NCBI RefSeq assembly: GCF_009914755.1
Contig: NC_060939.1
DNA length: 64,000 nt
Reading direction: 5' to 3' (one strand)
DNA from: the human T2T-CHM13v2.0 reference genome, Homo sapiens
This document shows, piece by piece, positions 45,572 to 60,758 of the stretch (its first letter is position 1; every line of letters starts with the position of its first letter). The notes under the pieces are model-generated. The model ran no database searches, was not told the origin of the DNA, and saw only the letters and a program-made list of their open reading frames with translations. The translations under genes were made by a program, and so were the position numbers.

Positions 45572-46639
45572 CTACATATACACTCTCAATCACGTGTGAA
45601 TATCTACACACAGTCACAGACACACAGATGTGTGCACACATACCTTGGCAAGAAGGATGCACACTCTTAACGCATATGTACACGCTCTCACATACATGCA
45701 AACTGACACACAGATGTTTTCACACCTGCAGTGGCACACACGGAAGCTAAATCTCTTTGTAGTGGAACTATTTCTTGGTAAACTATCTGAGAATTGGCCA
45801 ATAACTGACTCCCTTTGATTCTAGAATCTTGAAGACCAATTTAGGAGCCTAAGTATAAAGTGCTAATGTGGTTAAATTCACCATGAAGTCCTTGCAGCTG
45901 CAGCACCCATTCATTTATTCTTTTATTCCATGTATATTTGATGAGGAGTCACTGCATGTCAGGTAGCATGCAAGGCAAGAAGTAGAATTTTGGCTGCCAT
46001 TGTGGATTGAAATGGGGAGAAGGAGGGGTTGGCAGCCATGGACCTCATTTTGATTTGAGCTCACACCTTCATTGGGCTTGGACATGGCTCTCTAGTGTCT
46101 GAGACCTTTTGGCATCCTTCTCCCTAAGGGATGGCAGGAAAGTGTTGAGAATTCATGAACAGGTCAGATGGCATTGCAGCTAAATCTAAAGGGGCCCATC
46201 CCCTTCTCCATCCCTCATCACCACCTTCACTGCAATACCATCATTGTTCTCTATGCAACTGCAAACATTTATGAAGCACCCACATGAGCAATTGCTGTTC
46301 TGGATTTTAGGAATATTACATTGAAGAAGAAGAAGAAAAAAAAACAATCAGGCCCTGTCTTTCTAAAGCTTGCATTCTTAGCAGGGAGTATGGAACAGAC
46401 AATAAAAAAATAATTCATATCAGCTAATGATAAAGGGTCTGAGGAAACTCAAACAAGGTGACATGATACGGAGTCCTTGAAGGGGCTATTTGGACTCCTC
46501 ATGGTAGCTGAGTACGGTGATGAGCTAAGCTGCTATAACAAAGAGATCAGGTTCCTGCCCCCTTATTGTTGCGCCTAAGGTGTTGCCTGCAACTTCATCA
46601 TGGAAGGTAACTGGTATTCATCTCTGCATCCTAGACTTT

Positions 46640-47300
46640 GGGAAGGCAGCAGCAGGGCTGGGGCCATCAACTCTTCCACCCTTTAAATCAAATATTGCAT
46701 AATGGGTCCAGAAGCCACCACCTGACACCTGGAGGTCTTAGAGTCCTGTGGACACTCCAGCTGCCGAGGCTTGTGATATTGGGCCTCTCAGGCCCCTCGT
46801 TCACATGGTCAACAACTCCATCCTAGGGGTAGCTCTTTGCATGTGGTCAGACATGGTCAGTGCTGTCACAGAACGGAAATGCTTCAGGAGAAATGAATGC
46901 ACGTGCCGTATTTGGGCCCAGCCCCAGTCTGAGGACATAGGCTCTTTCCCATGAGCCTCCATGTCCAGGAGTTTTGGGCACAGGCTGTCCTGGATAATTG
47001 GACATTTTGGTGAACACAGCTTCCCCACACCCGCCACTACCACGTCACCCATTCTCAGAGCTTTCAGAAGCAGCATGGTGAAATTTGCAAATAGGCAGAG
47101 ACAGCAGTGGCCTCTCTCAACAGCCCACACTGGACAGCAATCTCCCTGGCAGCACGTGGTCATCCCAGTCTCTCCTCCTGTGCTGCCATGACAGACAGCT
47201 CACTACCTCCAGAAGCAGGCCTTCCTATGGCTGAGTGATAGAAATGGCCACCCCACATGAGCTCAACCTGCCTCCTGGGGACCTCCCTCTGCCCCAAGCT
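46640..47300 (-). mobile_element. Fossil non-LTR reverse transcriptase fragment (RTE clade, L4-like)
   Basis: Ordered degenerate motifs on the minus strand: EERL, QCG, GHC, GKL, KLLDM, GVR..LDPLCNI. Confidence 0.5.
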
Positions 47301-47713
47301 CCTGGCTTTGCCCCCGAGGCTGCAGGGCGACCCCAGCAAGCCTCCTACATAGATCACATAGTCAGCCAACACTTTTGAGGGCAGACTAGATAACAAAGCC
47401 TGCAGTCTCAGTGAATGGCAAGAGGTGGTGGTCTCTGGTTTGGAATATTGCACTTGAAGGTGGTTGGTTGGTGATGGGTTCGTTTTTCACCCTCTGGTAG
47501 GACTTCTCTAGTCATTTGCTGCTTAAAGTGATCTGCATTAAGATGGCTTGTGTGTGTAGGTGAGTACGTATATGAACACACACAGATCACACAAAAACTA
47601 GAAAAACATGTACACTCATATACAAAAACACATACACAGAAAACTTCCCTTTATTGCACATTCAGTGGGGACTGGCCTTTGAGGTCCATTAGGCTCTAAA
47701 AATCCATGAGTCT

Positions 47714-48311
<598 letters not shown>

Positions 48312-49269
48312 TCACTGCATCAGTTCCTGCCTCTCTGCCTGGAAATGCACCTCCCCATGAGGTGGGACAAGTTCATGCCGTCATCTGGGTATACAGCAAC
48401 ATTTCTCCTCTTGCATTTAAGATTTAGGATCCATCACCTTGCCCAGATAGGGCACCAGGCAGAAGTAGGGCCTCTCAGATGGGTGGCCACACCCTCCTCA
48501 GCCCACAGCCCACAGACATGCTGGGATGACGTGAAACCCCCTGGCTTCCTGGGAGTATAGAGAGGGTGCATTTGAGGAGAGGTGGCAGTGGCACCTGCTG
48601 CCACCACTGAGGGGAGGGGCAGGTGCCATGGTCCCATCTGACCTTCCCCCTCCCTCTTCCCCTCATAGGGAGAGAGGGGGGCAAGTCTTTGATGCTACTC
48701 TGGTGGCTTCTTTTCAGACTAGTTACAAAGATCTCTCTGGAGACCAGCCCAGAGTGAGGACAAGTGGCCACTTAGCAAATATAGAGGAAAGGGCAGGGGA
48801 CAGGCAGCATCATGCTGGCTTTTGAAGAATTTTTATAGATTTTTTGTAAGCCACACCTGACACCCCTGAGATGGTCCTTAGAGAAACTGCAACACAAACC
48901 TCCCTCCATTTCTTCCCCAAGCACAGCGGCCTGAATGGGCCAGTGCCCAGGGCAGCACAGCAGTCTCCTCCACTGGTTCTGCCCTCTGAAGGCTCTGTTC
49001 CCACCCCCAAGACTCCATCTGTGAAAACACTACCATAAGGATGGATCCAGAGAGAGAGACCCTTTCCCTGCCACTATCTCACACCATCCCTCACTGCCCT
49101 CCTTTCCACACCCAAAGCCTCTGCCCTTCTATCCTCTCATTGCCTCAGGTCATTTGGCAGGAGGCAGAGGAGACAGATCCACCCCTTACCCACAGGTGCC
49201 CTTTCCCTCACCTGCTCAGGTTCTAGGTCCAGTGTAGAGCTCTTCCCATCCCATCCAAAGGAAACTTAG

Positions 49270-49560
49270 AGCTGGGCGTGGTGGCTCTGGAGAGATTAAA
49301 TCTGTATACCTGTAATCCCAGCACTTTGGGAGGCCGAGGTGGGCAGATCACCTGAGGTCAGGAGTTTGAGACCAGCCTGGCCAACATGGAGAAACCCCGT
49401 CTTTACTAAAAATACAAAAATTAGCTGGGCTTGGTGGCAGGAGCCTGTAATCCCAGCTACTGGGAGGCGGAGGTTGCAGTGAGCCGAGATCACACCACTG
49501 CACTCCAGCCTGGGCGACAGAGCAAGACTGTCTCAAAAAACAGAAAACAAACAAACAAAT
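49270..49560 (+). mobile_element. AluS with a ~20-nt 5' insertion and a right-arm deletion
   Basis: TSD aaagga(a/g)cttag-like; deletion between two GGGAGG microhomologies. Confidence 0.92.
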
Positions 49561-50139
49561 CAAAGGAAGCTTAGGATGGGGCAGGAGAGACATGAGAGTC
49601 TGTGCTTTCACAAGGCCAACCTGGCCCCCAGGTCACAGACTCTGTGTCGGAGCAGGGCTGGCCATCCCACCTCTCCTCCTGCGCTGCCATGACGGAGGCT
49701 CCTACCTGCTTTCCACAATGCCTGAATCCCCCTATAGTGTTCCCTGCCTTGGGGACAATATTGGCCTCCCTTGGTGATCATGCAACTCCCATGCTGCCCA
49801 CTTCAGAGAGAAGGAACTGAACAGTCCCTCCAGAACACACACAGAGTTTGACAGACTCTACTTGGTCATTTCCCGACAGAGAGTTCATTACCACCCAGGA
49901 TGCCCTCTCCATCCTCTACTAGCTCCCTTCTAAACTTCCTTCTGTCTCTCTTCAATTTCCTCCCCCTGGCCCTGCCTTTTCCTCCCAGAGGCCAACTCCA
50001 GAGAAGTCAGGGCCTGTCAGCCATACTGACATTTGCAAACTATTTATGGCATCTCCAGCCTGAACCCACTCTCATTCCTCTTCCTCTTTGTAGCACTTGG
50101 TTTCTGATTCTTGTCCTGCTGATTGTCTCCTCTTGACAA

Positions 50140-50560
50140 CATTCCTGTTAAAGTATCCCCCAAAACTGTGGGGCCCAATCAGCATTAGAGGTAGAGTAGG
50201 AACATCACTCCCTCTCTCTGAATACATTCTCCCCTTTGGTGCAGCTGAAGCCTAGCTTTGGTTCTATTTTAGTATTTATCAAAGCAGTGAGGGTCTGTTT
50301 AGAGCCAGAGTCCAACTCTGGCACATCAGTAAGCAGCATGTCTGCATCTTGCCTCCCTGCTGTTCTATACTGAACTTAGACAGGGTTTCTCTCCCCTGTG
50401 GTATTTCACCTTTTTTATCTCAGCCCATCTTCTAAGCTTGAGATCATTCTGGACCCTGATTTTATCATGCAACACACTCACAGACCCATCTGTACCCCCA
50501 ACCCCAAGCTCCAGGTCATCTGTGGAGGTGGCCAAGACACTTGAAGTGCTGCAATGTCCA
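50140..50560 (-). mobile_element. CR1/L3 fragment
   Basis: ttaaagtatcccccaaaactg...gtagagtaggaacatcactccct resembles antisense L3. Confidence 0.5.
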
Positions 50561-51183
50561 CCTTGTAAGCCTGTAGACCTGGGCTTGAATCTGGATCTTC
50601 CATTTGATCTTAGCCATCCTGAGTTTCACTGTTCTCATCCATAAAAGGGGATTGTAATCCCTACCAGCCAGGAACATAGTGAAGATTGAATGAGGAAGCA
50701 TGTGCAGGTAACCTAGCACAGTGTCCTGCAGATGCTCGGTAAAGGGATCTCTTAGTGTCTTTCACCCAGGTTTCTGACAAACATGCTGAACTCATCAGGG
50801 ATGAGGACAGGGCTCCTGGGGGAGGGGAGTTGGTGGAGCCCTGCGAACCCATCACTCGGTGCCCGCCCCTCATGACAGCTGCTCCACCAGCTTCGCATCC
50901 ATAAGGACATCAGGAGGCCTTGTCAGGTGCTGAAGATAAACATCGCCAGCACCACATTTGGTCTCGCTGCAATTTTCTGAGAATGAAATGGGGGAAGAGA
51001 CAGACAACCATCTCTCCAGAAGCCAGACTTGCTGAAGTCCTCAATGTACCCTGCCCTGAGTTGGGGGCTGTGGAGCCTAGGAGCTCCCAGGCCAGAATGG
51101 GAAGGGCTGGATGGAGAGGCATACTGCTTCCAATTGCTAGTCATTCAGAAGACCTGCTTTAGCTCATCTCAAATGTCTCACCA

Positions 51184-51540
51184 GGCTGGGCCTAGTGGCT
51201 CATGCCCATAATCCCAACACTTTGGGAGGCCAAGGTGGACAGATCACTTGAGCTCAGGAGTTCGAGACCAGCCCGGGCAACATGGCAAAACCCCATCTCC
51301 ACTAAAAATGCAAAAATTAGCCAGGCATCGTGTTGTGCACCTGTAGTCCTAGCTACTTGGGGGCGTTGAGGCAGGAGGATTGCTTGAACCTGGGAGGTTG
51401 AGGCTGCAATGAGCTGAGATGGTGCCACTTGGGGGTGCTGGGGCAGGAGGATTGCTTGAACTTGGGAGATTGAGTCTACAGTGAGCTGAGATGGTGCCAC
51501 TACACCCCAGCCTGGGCAACAGAGTGAGAACCTTTGTCTA
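51184..51540 (+). mobile_element. AluJ with 72-bp internal tandem duplication
   Basis: Units 51355-51426 and 51427-51498; TSD aaatg(t/c)ctcacca. Confidence 0.92.
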
Positions 51541-51920
51541 TTTTTTTAAATGCCTCACCAACCACAGAACCTAGTGTTGCCTTGAGAATGTGAGCCTACA
51601 ACTCCCAGCTGCAGATGGTGTGTATTAAGTCAGAATGCAGAGATGACTGAGAAAACTGGACATTGAACACTCCCTTCCCTTGCTCTGCTCTCCCTGTGAG
51701 CCCAGTGCATAATTGGTAGATTGAAGAAGGGGGAGGGAAGGAATAGAGAGAGACATGGCAGAAGCTTCTAGACAAAACTTCTCAGAAAATGGGAGTTGGT
51801 CTTGGGATTTCCCCCCTTCTGAAAACCCAACCACCTTAGTATAGACCTCCCTTCAGTGCTTTCAGCCAAGATGTATCTCTGGCCCAGCCAAGGTCATTCA
51901 TTCATTAACCATTTGTTAGG

Positions 51921-52196
<276 letters not shown>

Positions 52197-53398
52197 TAGA
52201 TTTCTAACCTGTGCCAAGCAGTAAAGCACCCCAACAGATCACTATCACCCATCTTACTAAGGGTCCTGGTTGAGATTGGTGCATTGAATATACAGAGGTC
52301 AGGGCAAGCATCACAGAAAGGCATGGTTTGAGCTCTGTTCCAAATAGTGGGTTGGAAATTGGCAAAGCAAGGGTGCTTCAGGCAAAGGGACCCCCATGTG
52401 CAAAGGCATGGAGGCATGACAGTGTCTGGAGCACATGACATATGAGAACTGTAATGGGCAGTGAGACTAGAAAGCTAGAAGAAGTCTAGATTGTAGAGGA
52501 CCTGGGTGCTAGGGTGCAGGGTGAGGGCTTTATCATAAAGTGGTAGGAAACTAAGAAAGGTCTTGGAGCAGCAGTAGGATGTGATTTCATCTGTGTTGGA
52601 AAGGTCTGTCTGCATGAGAATAGGGGAAACCCAAGGGAAAAAAATAAATTCAGAAAGCCAGGTTTCAGGGTAACAAGAGTGAGCCCACAGTCAAACCACT
52701 GAGCCACAGGCAGGACTTTCATACTAAAATCCCCAACAGAATTTTTAAAAATTCTTATCAGTGGCACCCCTCCTCTGGCCTCAAAATGTGCTTTGGGATT
52801 AACCCTCTAATACCACTTCTGGCAAATGAATCATGGCCCCACCAAGGATTAACACTGGGGCCCTTCTTGGCTGGGAGACAGACCCGGAGCTTCAAACCCC
52901 ACTGCAGCTGCAAGAGCACGCAGGATGCCATAAATGAGGCTCGCTGTATGCAGGGGAGGCAGCAAGCCCTCTTGGAGGGGCCTGTTGTCTGAGCTTCGCC
53001 TACAGCTGAAGAGATAAGAACCTACAACTGCAGCCACAGGAAATGACAAAGCAGTGACTGATCGGGGAACTGCTGCACAGGGCTCATTATGGCGCTTGCC
53101 AGTGGGCGAGACACCCTTATCAGGGAGAAAATTGCATCAGGCCTCCTGAATTACTAGCGATTGGAAGCAGATTTCTTGGGACTCACTTTGTTAGATACCT
53201 AATGAGCGGGATACAGGCGGGCAGAGCCCAAAGCCAGCGGGGCGAGGGACAAATGTCTTTGTTAAACAGAATTTGTCAGTTTCCGCTTCAGGCCCCCTGG
53301 GGAGGGTTCAGGGCCAGCTAATTGAATTAAGAGCATGTGCGCTCCAGCAAGAAGGCTCAGGGCGGGGCGAGAGGCAGGCAGGCCGGAAGGCGGGCACT

Positions 53399-53419
53399 TT
53401 CAGCACCAAGGACAGCAGC
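53399..53419 (+). promoter_or_regulatory. RE1/NRSE (REST binding site)
   Basis: TTCAGCACC-AA-GGACAG-CAGC versus consensus TTCAGCACC-nn-GGACAG-CGCC; both half-sites exact, canonical 2-nt spacer. Confidence 0.85.
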
Positions 53420-56212
53420 TGCAGCCTGGCTAGTCAGTAATTGTGGGGCAGGCTGGAACTGCTGCATTTTGCATGATTGGGGATCTAGGGGATGGAATGG
53501 GTAGGAGGAAGGCAGAGGATGTTGTGGGGAGGAGGGAGACAGGTGACCTAAGAAGCCTCAAGCCTGTGATGCCATTGGCCTGGTCTGTCTCAACAGACCC
53601 AACTCTGCTAACAACAGTGAGTGCTGGGAGGAGTGAGGAAGGGATGTCTTCTCCCCAACCATGGCACTCACATGTGGTGTGGGCAGCTGCAACAACACAG
53701 GGAGCAGTGAGCTGAATGCTGGGTCTGAGCTAGTGCGTGGCCATGCATCTCTTTGAGCTTTCAAAGTCAATCTCCAATTATAGTCTTAATGAACCAGGAT
53801 GTGCTGCAGCCACGAAGCCATGGGGACAGGGGCCACTTGTCAGCCCCAAGCTGCCCCAGCAGGCAGAGCAAGGCTTGTCAAATACAGAAGCAAATAAGTA
53901 GGCTTGTGGGGTGGGCCAGCAGCCCCCACCTTACCTGGAGGAAAGGAGAGCGAGGCAAGGCTGGGCTTGATTAGGAGGAGTTAGTCTTGGGAGGAGTTAG
54001 TCTCCAAGGCTCTTCCCATCCTCCACCCTGACTCACCATCTCCTATGGGTTGGCTCTTTCTATGGTCTCGAGCAGCCTGGCCCTCTCTATGGTCTCAGGC
54101 AAGCTCCCTTCCTTGAGAAGCAAGGGGCTGAGGGCATAATTTCCTTCCCCAAATGTGAGCTGATTGAAGCTGTGGAGTCTGGAGAGGCAATGCTGACCCT
54201 AAAGAAGGAGAACTATTAGGGAGAATTTAGACATGATGGATCTCTTGGTGCCCGTCACCTCACATGACAAAAGCAACTCCCTCTGATGTGCCCTGCGGGA
54301 TCTGTGCTGTTTGGAGGTCTAAAGATTTCACTATAAAATTCACCTCTCCACCTTGCCTCCAAATCCCAGGCCAGGATGGATCCTGGCAAAGTTGAATGGG
54401 ACAGGGGAATGGGAATGTGGGCAGAGACCTGCAGGCTGGGGAGGTACAGGCATGGAGCAGCCATGGGAGCAGATCCTGGCCAGGGCCAGCCCCAGGGTAG
54501 GGCAGGACAGAATCATTGAGTCTGGCAGGCACTACAGGAAGGGTGGCTGGAGCAGGAATGGGCAGGATAGACTTAAAGTCCATAGGTACTCTGCCTTGCC
54601 TGCCCTCCTTCCCCGAGCCCACCCCCACCTCACCCCATAAGAGACTGATGGGGTAAAGGCACTGGTCTGGACTGAGGGGTTGTTCCCACCTTTATTTTAG
54701 CTTTGTGATGAAATTAAATGGATTATACATGGTAAATTTCAGAATCCACATACAAGTACCTGGTGAGTGCCCAGCTCTGACCAGGGGCTCAGTAAATGTC
54801 AGCTCTGGGTTATTGCATTGACCCATCTGGTGCTGGGGCCACACTGAGTGGATGTCAGGGAGACAGGCTATGGGGGAGGGAACTCCTTTGCAATTGTCCC
54901 TGCTTTCAGTACTGATGGGGGCACCTCTGGAGACCTCTCCCTTGATTTCATTACTTCTACTTCCTCTCCTAACTGGATTAGATGGCAGTCTATGAAATCC
55001 AGGGCATAGAGATTGGCTTTCTGCCTGGAAATGAGCAGAAATGTCATTATAGGTCCTGAATCAGCATCTCACCACAGCCCCAGGGGCCACCTGGTCAATG
55101 GGAAGGTGGTCTTTGCCCTGTATTTATGCTTTCCTTCATTCTCTCCTGCATTCATCCATCCATTCATCCACCCACTCATTCATCCATCCATCCAATATGC
55201 ATTTTGTAGCTCTTCCTCTGCAGTCAATCTAGTGTTCAGCTGTTCCGAGAAAGAGACAGATGTGGTACTTTTTCCTATCTAAAACACATGGCCAGAAAAC
55301 CCTAAACCATCTGACTCAGATGCTACCCTGGGTGTCTTCACGTCAGTGGGGAGCCTCCAAGTGAAGCCTGCCCTCTGTGAGCCATAGCTACTGAGAGGAC
55401 CAGGTGGGAGAGAGAGCCAGGCCTGATGCCCACAGACAAAACAGGCCCAGGAGTCTTGGTCATGAAGTGCAGTAGGTGGCCTGCCAAAGTCAGCCTCGGG
55501 GTCCCCCAGTGTCCCACTCTTCCCATTCCAAGAGTCTTATTATAGCTGCTTTCTCTTTGGCGTTGTCTATTTTGCACCCATTTGATGGGGAGTTGGGGGA
55601 CATAGAGCCCAGACTTAGCCAAATGCCTCTGTGTACTTATGTGACTGTCCCTTACTCTATAGACATGGCCAGAAACATCTTCACATTAATGAATTTCTGC
55701 ACAGCAAATTTTATTTGAAAGGGGCATAAAAGAATAATTACTTAAAGAATTTCAGTGGTAAAGTGAAGGGTCCTTGTCTCAATTCATTGAATTAGTATGC
55801 ATGGACTTTCCTATAGAAGAACCACTTTAAAAGAGGCCCACCTGCATTCATTCCCTCTCTGGTTGTTCAGGGTCAAACACCTGGGCACCTCTAACTCTGA
55901 GCGCATCTGTACTGGTTGGCAGTGTGCCCATTGCTCTATTTATTTCTAGCACAAGACTCCAGACAGTGGAATAATTTGTCTGCTATGCAGCCAAGAGAGG
56001 ATTCCAACAGCTGGTGCAGGGTGGAACTGGCTCACTTTTGAGGTCCCTGAAAACCCTAGGACTGCATGATTCTTTGAACAATGAGTATGTTTTAGAGATA
56101 ACCATGAATTTCCAACAGGGCTTTAAAGTAACCCTTCCCCAAAGGGAGCACAGACATGTCCCTAAGCCCAAGGAACTTAAAATTTTATTTAAAAAAAAAA
56201 CAAAAAAAAAGC

Positions 56213-56518
56213 AGCCAGGCACAGTGGCTCACGCCTGTAATCCCAGCACTTTGGGAGGCCAAGGTGGGCAGATCACAAGGTCAAGAGTTCGAGACCAGCC
56301 TGGCCAATATGGTGAAACCCCATCTCTACTAAAAATACACAAAATTAGCCAGGTGTGGTGGCGGATGCCTGTAGTCCCAGCTACTCAGGAGGCTAAGGCA
56401 GGAGAATTACTTGAACTCAGGAGGTGGAGGTTGCAGTGAGCCGATATCATGGCACTGCACTCCAGCCCGGGCAAGAGAGCAAGACTCTGTCTCAAAAAAA
56501 AAAAAAAAGAAAAAAAAA
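56213..56518 (+). mobile_element. AluS
   Basis: Full-length with poly(A). Confidence 0.95.
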
Positions 56519-56914
56519 TAGCAGGCAAGTCTGGAATTAGCAACATGAAAGCACAGACAGCCAACTGCTAGACCAGAAGAACCCAGAAAACCTACAAGTC
56601 AGTGTGAGCTGAGACATCAAGTCATCCTTGGGCGGTGGGGGTGCTGGTATTTGAGTGGCATCAGACTTTAGACATATGACAGTGATAATCCTGCCAAGGG
56701 AGAAGGAGGAGAACAGGAAAAGAACATGGAGGGAGACGAAGGCTCATCAGAATATACAGAGAGGAGAGACTGTCTGCTTAATGGGTGGTAAGATTGAAGG
56801 ATGATAGAGGAGATGAAATGGAAAATAGGTCTACATAGCAAAGGGTGTCAAAAGAGTGTAGGATTTTAGAAGCTGTTGTTACTGCACCAAGTGTGGGTGC
56901 CAGAGATGGCATAA

Positions 56915-57420
56915 TTCATTTATTCTTCCACCAAAAATGTATTGAGTGCCTACAATGAGCCAGAGACTAGGGATAGACAAGGTTCCTTGCTGACATGGGA
57001 CTCACATCCTAGCATGGGCATTTGCAGAAGGAAGGCAGTTAAGAAGTAAATGCATTTTTAAATTTTCTGGTAGAGTAGGTGCTATGAACACAGTAAAATG
57101 GGATAAATGAATAGAGAGTATATTGGAAGTGGGATTACTTTAGATAGAGTGGGCCTCTATCTCAAAGTGTAGGGACCCTCTGAGCAGATCACATCTGGGC
57201 TGAGACTTGAATGATAAGAAGGAGACAGCTGCGTAAGGATCCCTGAGGACCTCCAGGAAGAGAACAGCAAATGCAAAGGCCCTGAGGCAGGAGCGAGCTT
57301 GGCTTGTTGGAGGAACAGCAAGGGCCATGTATTTGGGACCCGGTGAGCAAGGGGCAGATGGTAGGAGGTGTGCACGGGCCAGCCATGCAGGGCCTCCTGA
57401 GCCATGAGGAGGAGAGGCTT
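56915..57420 (-). mobile_element. L2 3' fragment
   Basis: tattgagtgcctac...gaacagcaaatgcaaaggccctgaggcaggag. Confidence 0.85.
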
Positions 57421-57447
57421 GGGGTGTAGACGGTGTGCTTATGGTAG

Positions 57448-57915
<468 letters not shown>

Positions 57916-58053
57916 TAATTTCTTTCAAAACAAACCCATGCAACACTTGTAAGCCAGGGTTCCATTTATGTGTGTAGGCATCAACTCAGAACTTCCTGAG
58001 GTGCATGGCCACTGGGTAGTGGGAAACACCTTTAAGAGATTCATTTTAGCTTA

Positions 58054-58400
<347 letters not shown>

Positions 58401-59159
58401 GAGGACACCAATTCTGGTGACATAGTCTGTGTCCTTGATCATGGGAGCTGCTGTGTTTTCCTGTTGCTGGTTGAGCAGATGCTCAGGAAGGGCTGGTGGA
58501 GGTGGCCAAAGTGACATCCTAATTTGCTGAGGAGTCAGTGCTGGGTTTCAGCCCTCGATGCAGAGAGCTAAAGAATGGGCTACCAAAGAGACAGTCCAGG
58601 GAGGTGCTACCCAGTAACCATGGCTGAATTATTGGGTAGCTTCCTCCCTTCTTCCACAGCGGGTCCCATGGGGAACGCTGCTCTGGAAGATCTTGAGAAA
58701 AGGCCCCAGACAAGGCCACCAGTCCACAGGGAAGTCCAAGCCATCCTCCTCCCAGGACCTGACCTCCTCCACCAACAGCCTCCTCATCTTCCCCTGGCAC
58801 TTCTGCACCTTTCTGGAACATGTCCCATCAGACGAATAGGAAGGCTGGCTGTCTGCTGGGCATGCCCAGGGTTCTTCCACATGAGCACCCCTGCCCACCC
58901 TGGAGCAGGGCCATCCTGCTCAGGCACCACAGCACTTATGGGCCATCTTTACAATTTTCTCCCGTCACCTCTGGCCCTTGGGGAAAGAGCCCTTGGGATT
59001 AACATCCAGCTCAGTCATAAACTGCATTGAAAATAAAGAAACCCTGTCTTTGGAGATTTGGGGCAGCATGAATAAACCACTTGCTCCTGCCCTCTCCACA
59101 TCCTGGCCTCGTGGTTCCCCCTTCTTGTGCCTCTAAGCAGAGGTAGTAAAGGAAAGAGA

Positions 59160-59468
59160 GGCCAGGTGCATGGCCTGCATCTGTAATCTCACTACTTGGG
59201 CAGGCCGAGGTGGGAGGATCGCTTGAGCCCAGAAGTTTGAGACCAGCCCTGGCAACATAATGAGATCCTATCTCTACAAAAAATTCAAAAAATTAGCTGG
59301 ACTTGTTGGTGCATGTCTGTAGTCTCAGCTACTCAGGAACCTGAGGCAGGAGGATCACTTGAGCCTGGGAGGTCAAGGTTGCAGTGAGCTATGATCGTGC
59401 TACTGTACTCCAGCTTGGGTGACAGAGCAACACCCTGTCTCAAGAGAAAAACAAAATAAAAGAAAAAA
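59160..59468 (+). mobile_element. AluJ
   Basis: ggaggatcgcttgagccc and gagctatgatcg J-type diagnostics. Confidence 0.9.
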
Positions 59469-60003
59469 CAGGCCAGGAAAGAAAGAAGAGGGAAGGTGCC
59501 ATCATGGGGAAAGGCACATGGGAAGGGAAGAGAAAGAAGGCATCCCTCCCTGGTCTCAGCCCTGTGGAGGGCTCAGAGCAACCTCTCCTGCTCAGCTGCC
59601 CCGGAGGGGCCAACCAGCCAACCCTCTGCCCTCCCCAAGCTAAGCCTTCACCTTCCCCCAAGGATGCAGACCTCAGCCCCTGACTCACATCACCTCTAGA
59701 AGCAGGAACCACAAGCACCTCCTGGCTGGACAAGCCTCTCACATCAGCCATCTGGGCACTGACATAGCACAACCAAGGAGGGGGAAGTACCCAGCCCTGC
59801 TCCTAGTACTGGGCATGGCAGGCAGTCCTTCGTTTGGAGTCTGCTGGGTAAAGCATCCAAGGTCTGAACTGAGGTCATTAGGTCTGAGAGTCTTTGAGAG
59901 AAACCAGATACAGATGTCTTAATACCATGGATTTGTCTGTGGGAAGTGAGACACAAATTGCTGGGGTGGGTTGGGTTGGAGTCTGCACTGTACTTATAAA
60001 ACT

Positions 60004-60060
60004 TGATGATGATGATGATGGTGGTGGTGATGATGGTGATGATGATGGTGGAGGAGGAGC
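60004..60060. repeat. (GAT)n/(GGT)n trinucleotide repeat
   Basis: Directly visible. Confidence 0.9.
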
Positions 60061-60210
60061 AGAGAGGAAAAAATAGAGTGGAGGAAGAAATGGCCTTTAA
60101 ATATAGAATGGATCTGAGAGGTAGGCAATATAAACAATGTTTTCAACATCTGAAAGAATATTAGAATAACATGGGTAGAGGGCCAGTCTTGATTTTCTCT
60201 TAAGAATTAA

Positions 60211-60758
<548 letters not shown>

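Noticed and set aside
46780-46870. Resemblance to the ERVL pol RNase H region
   Set aside because: Short local similarity only; the ordered flanking motifs fit a non-LTR RT better
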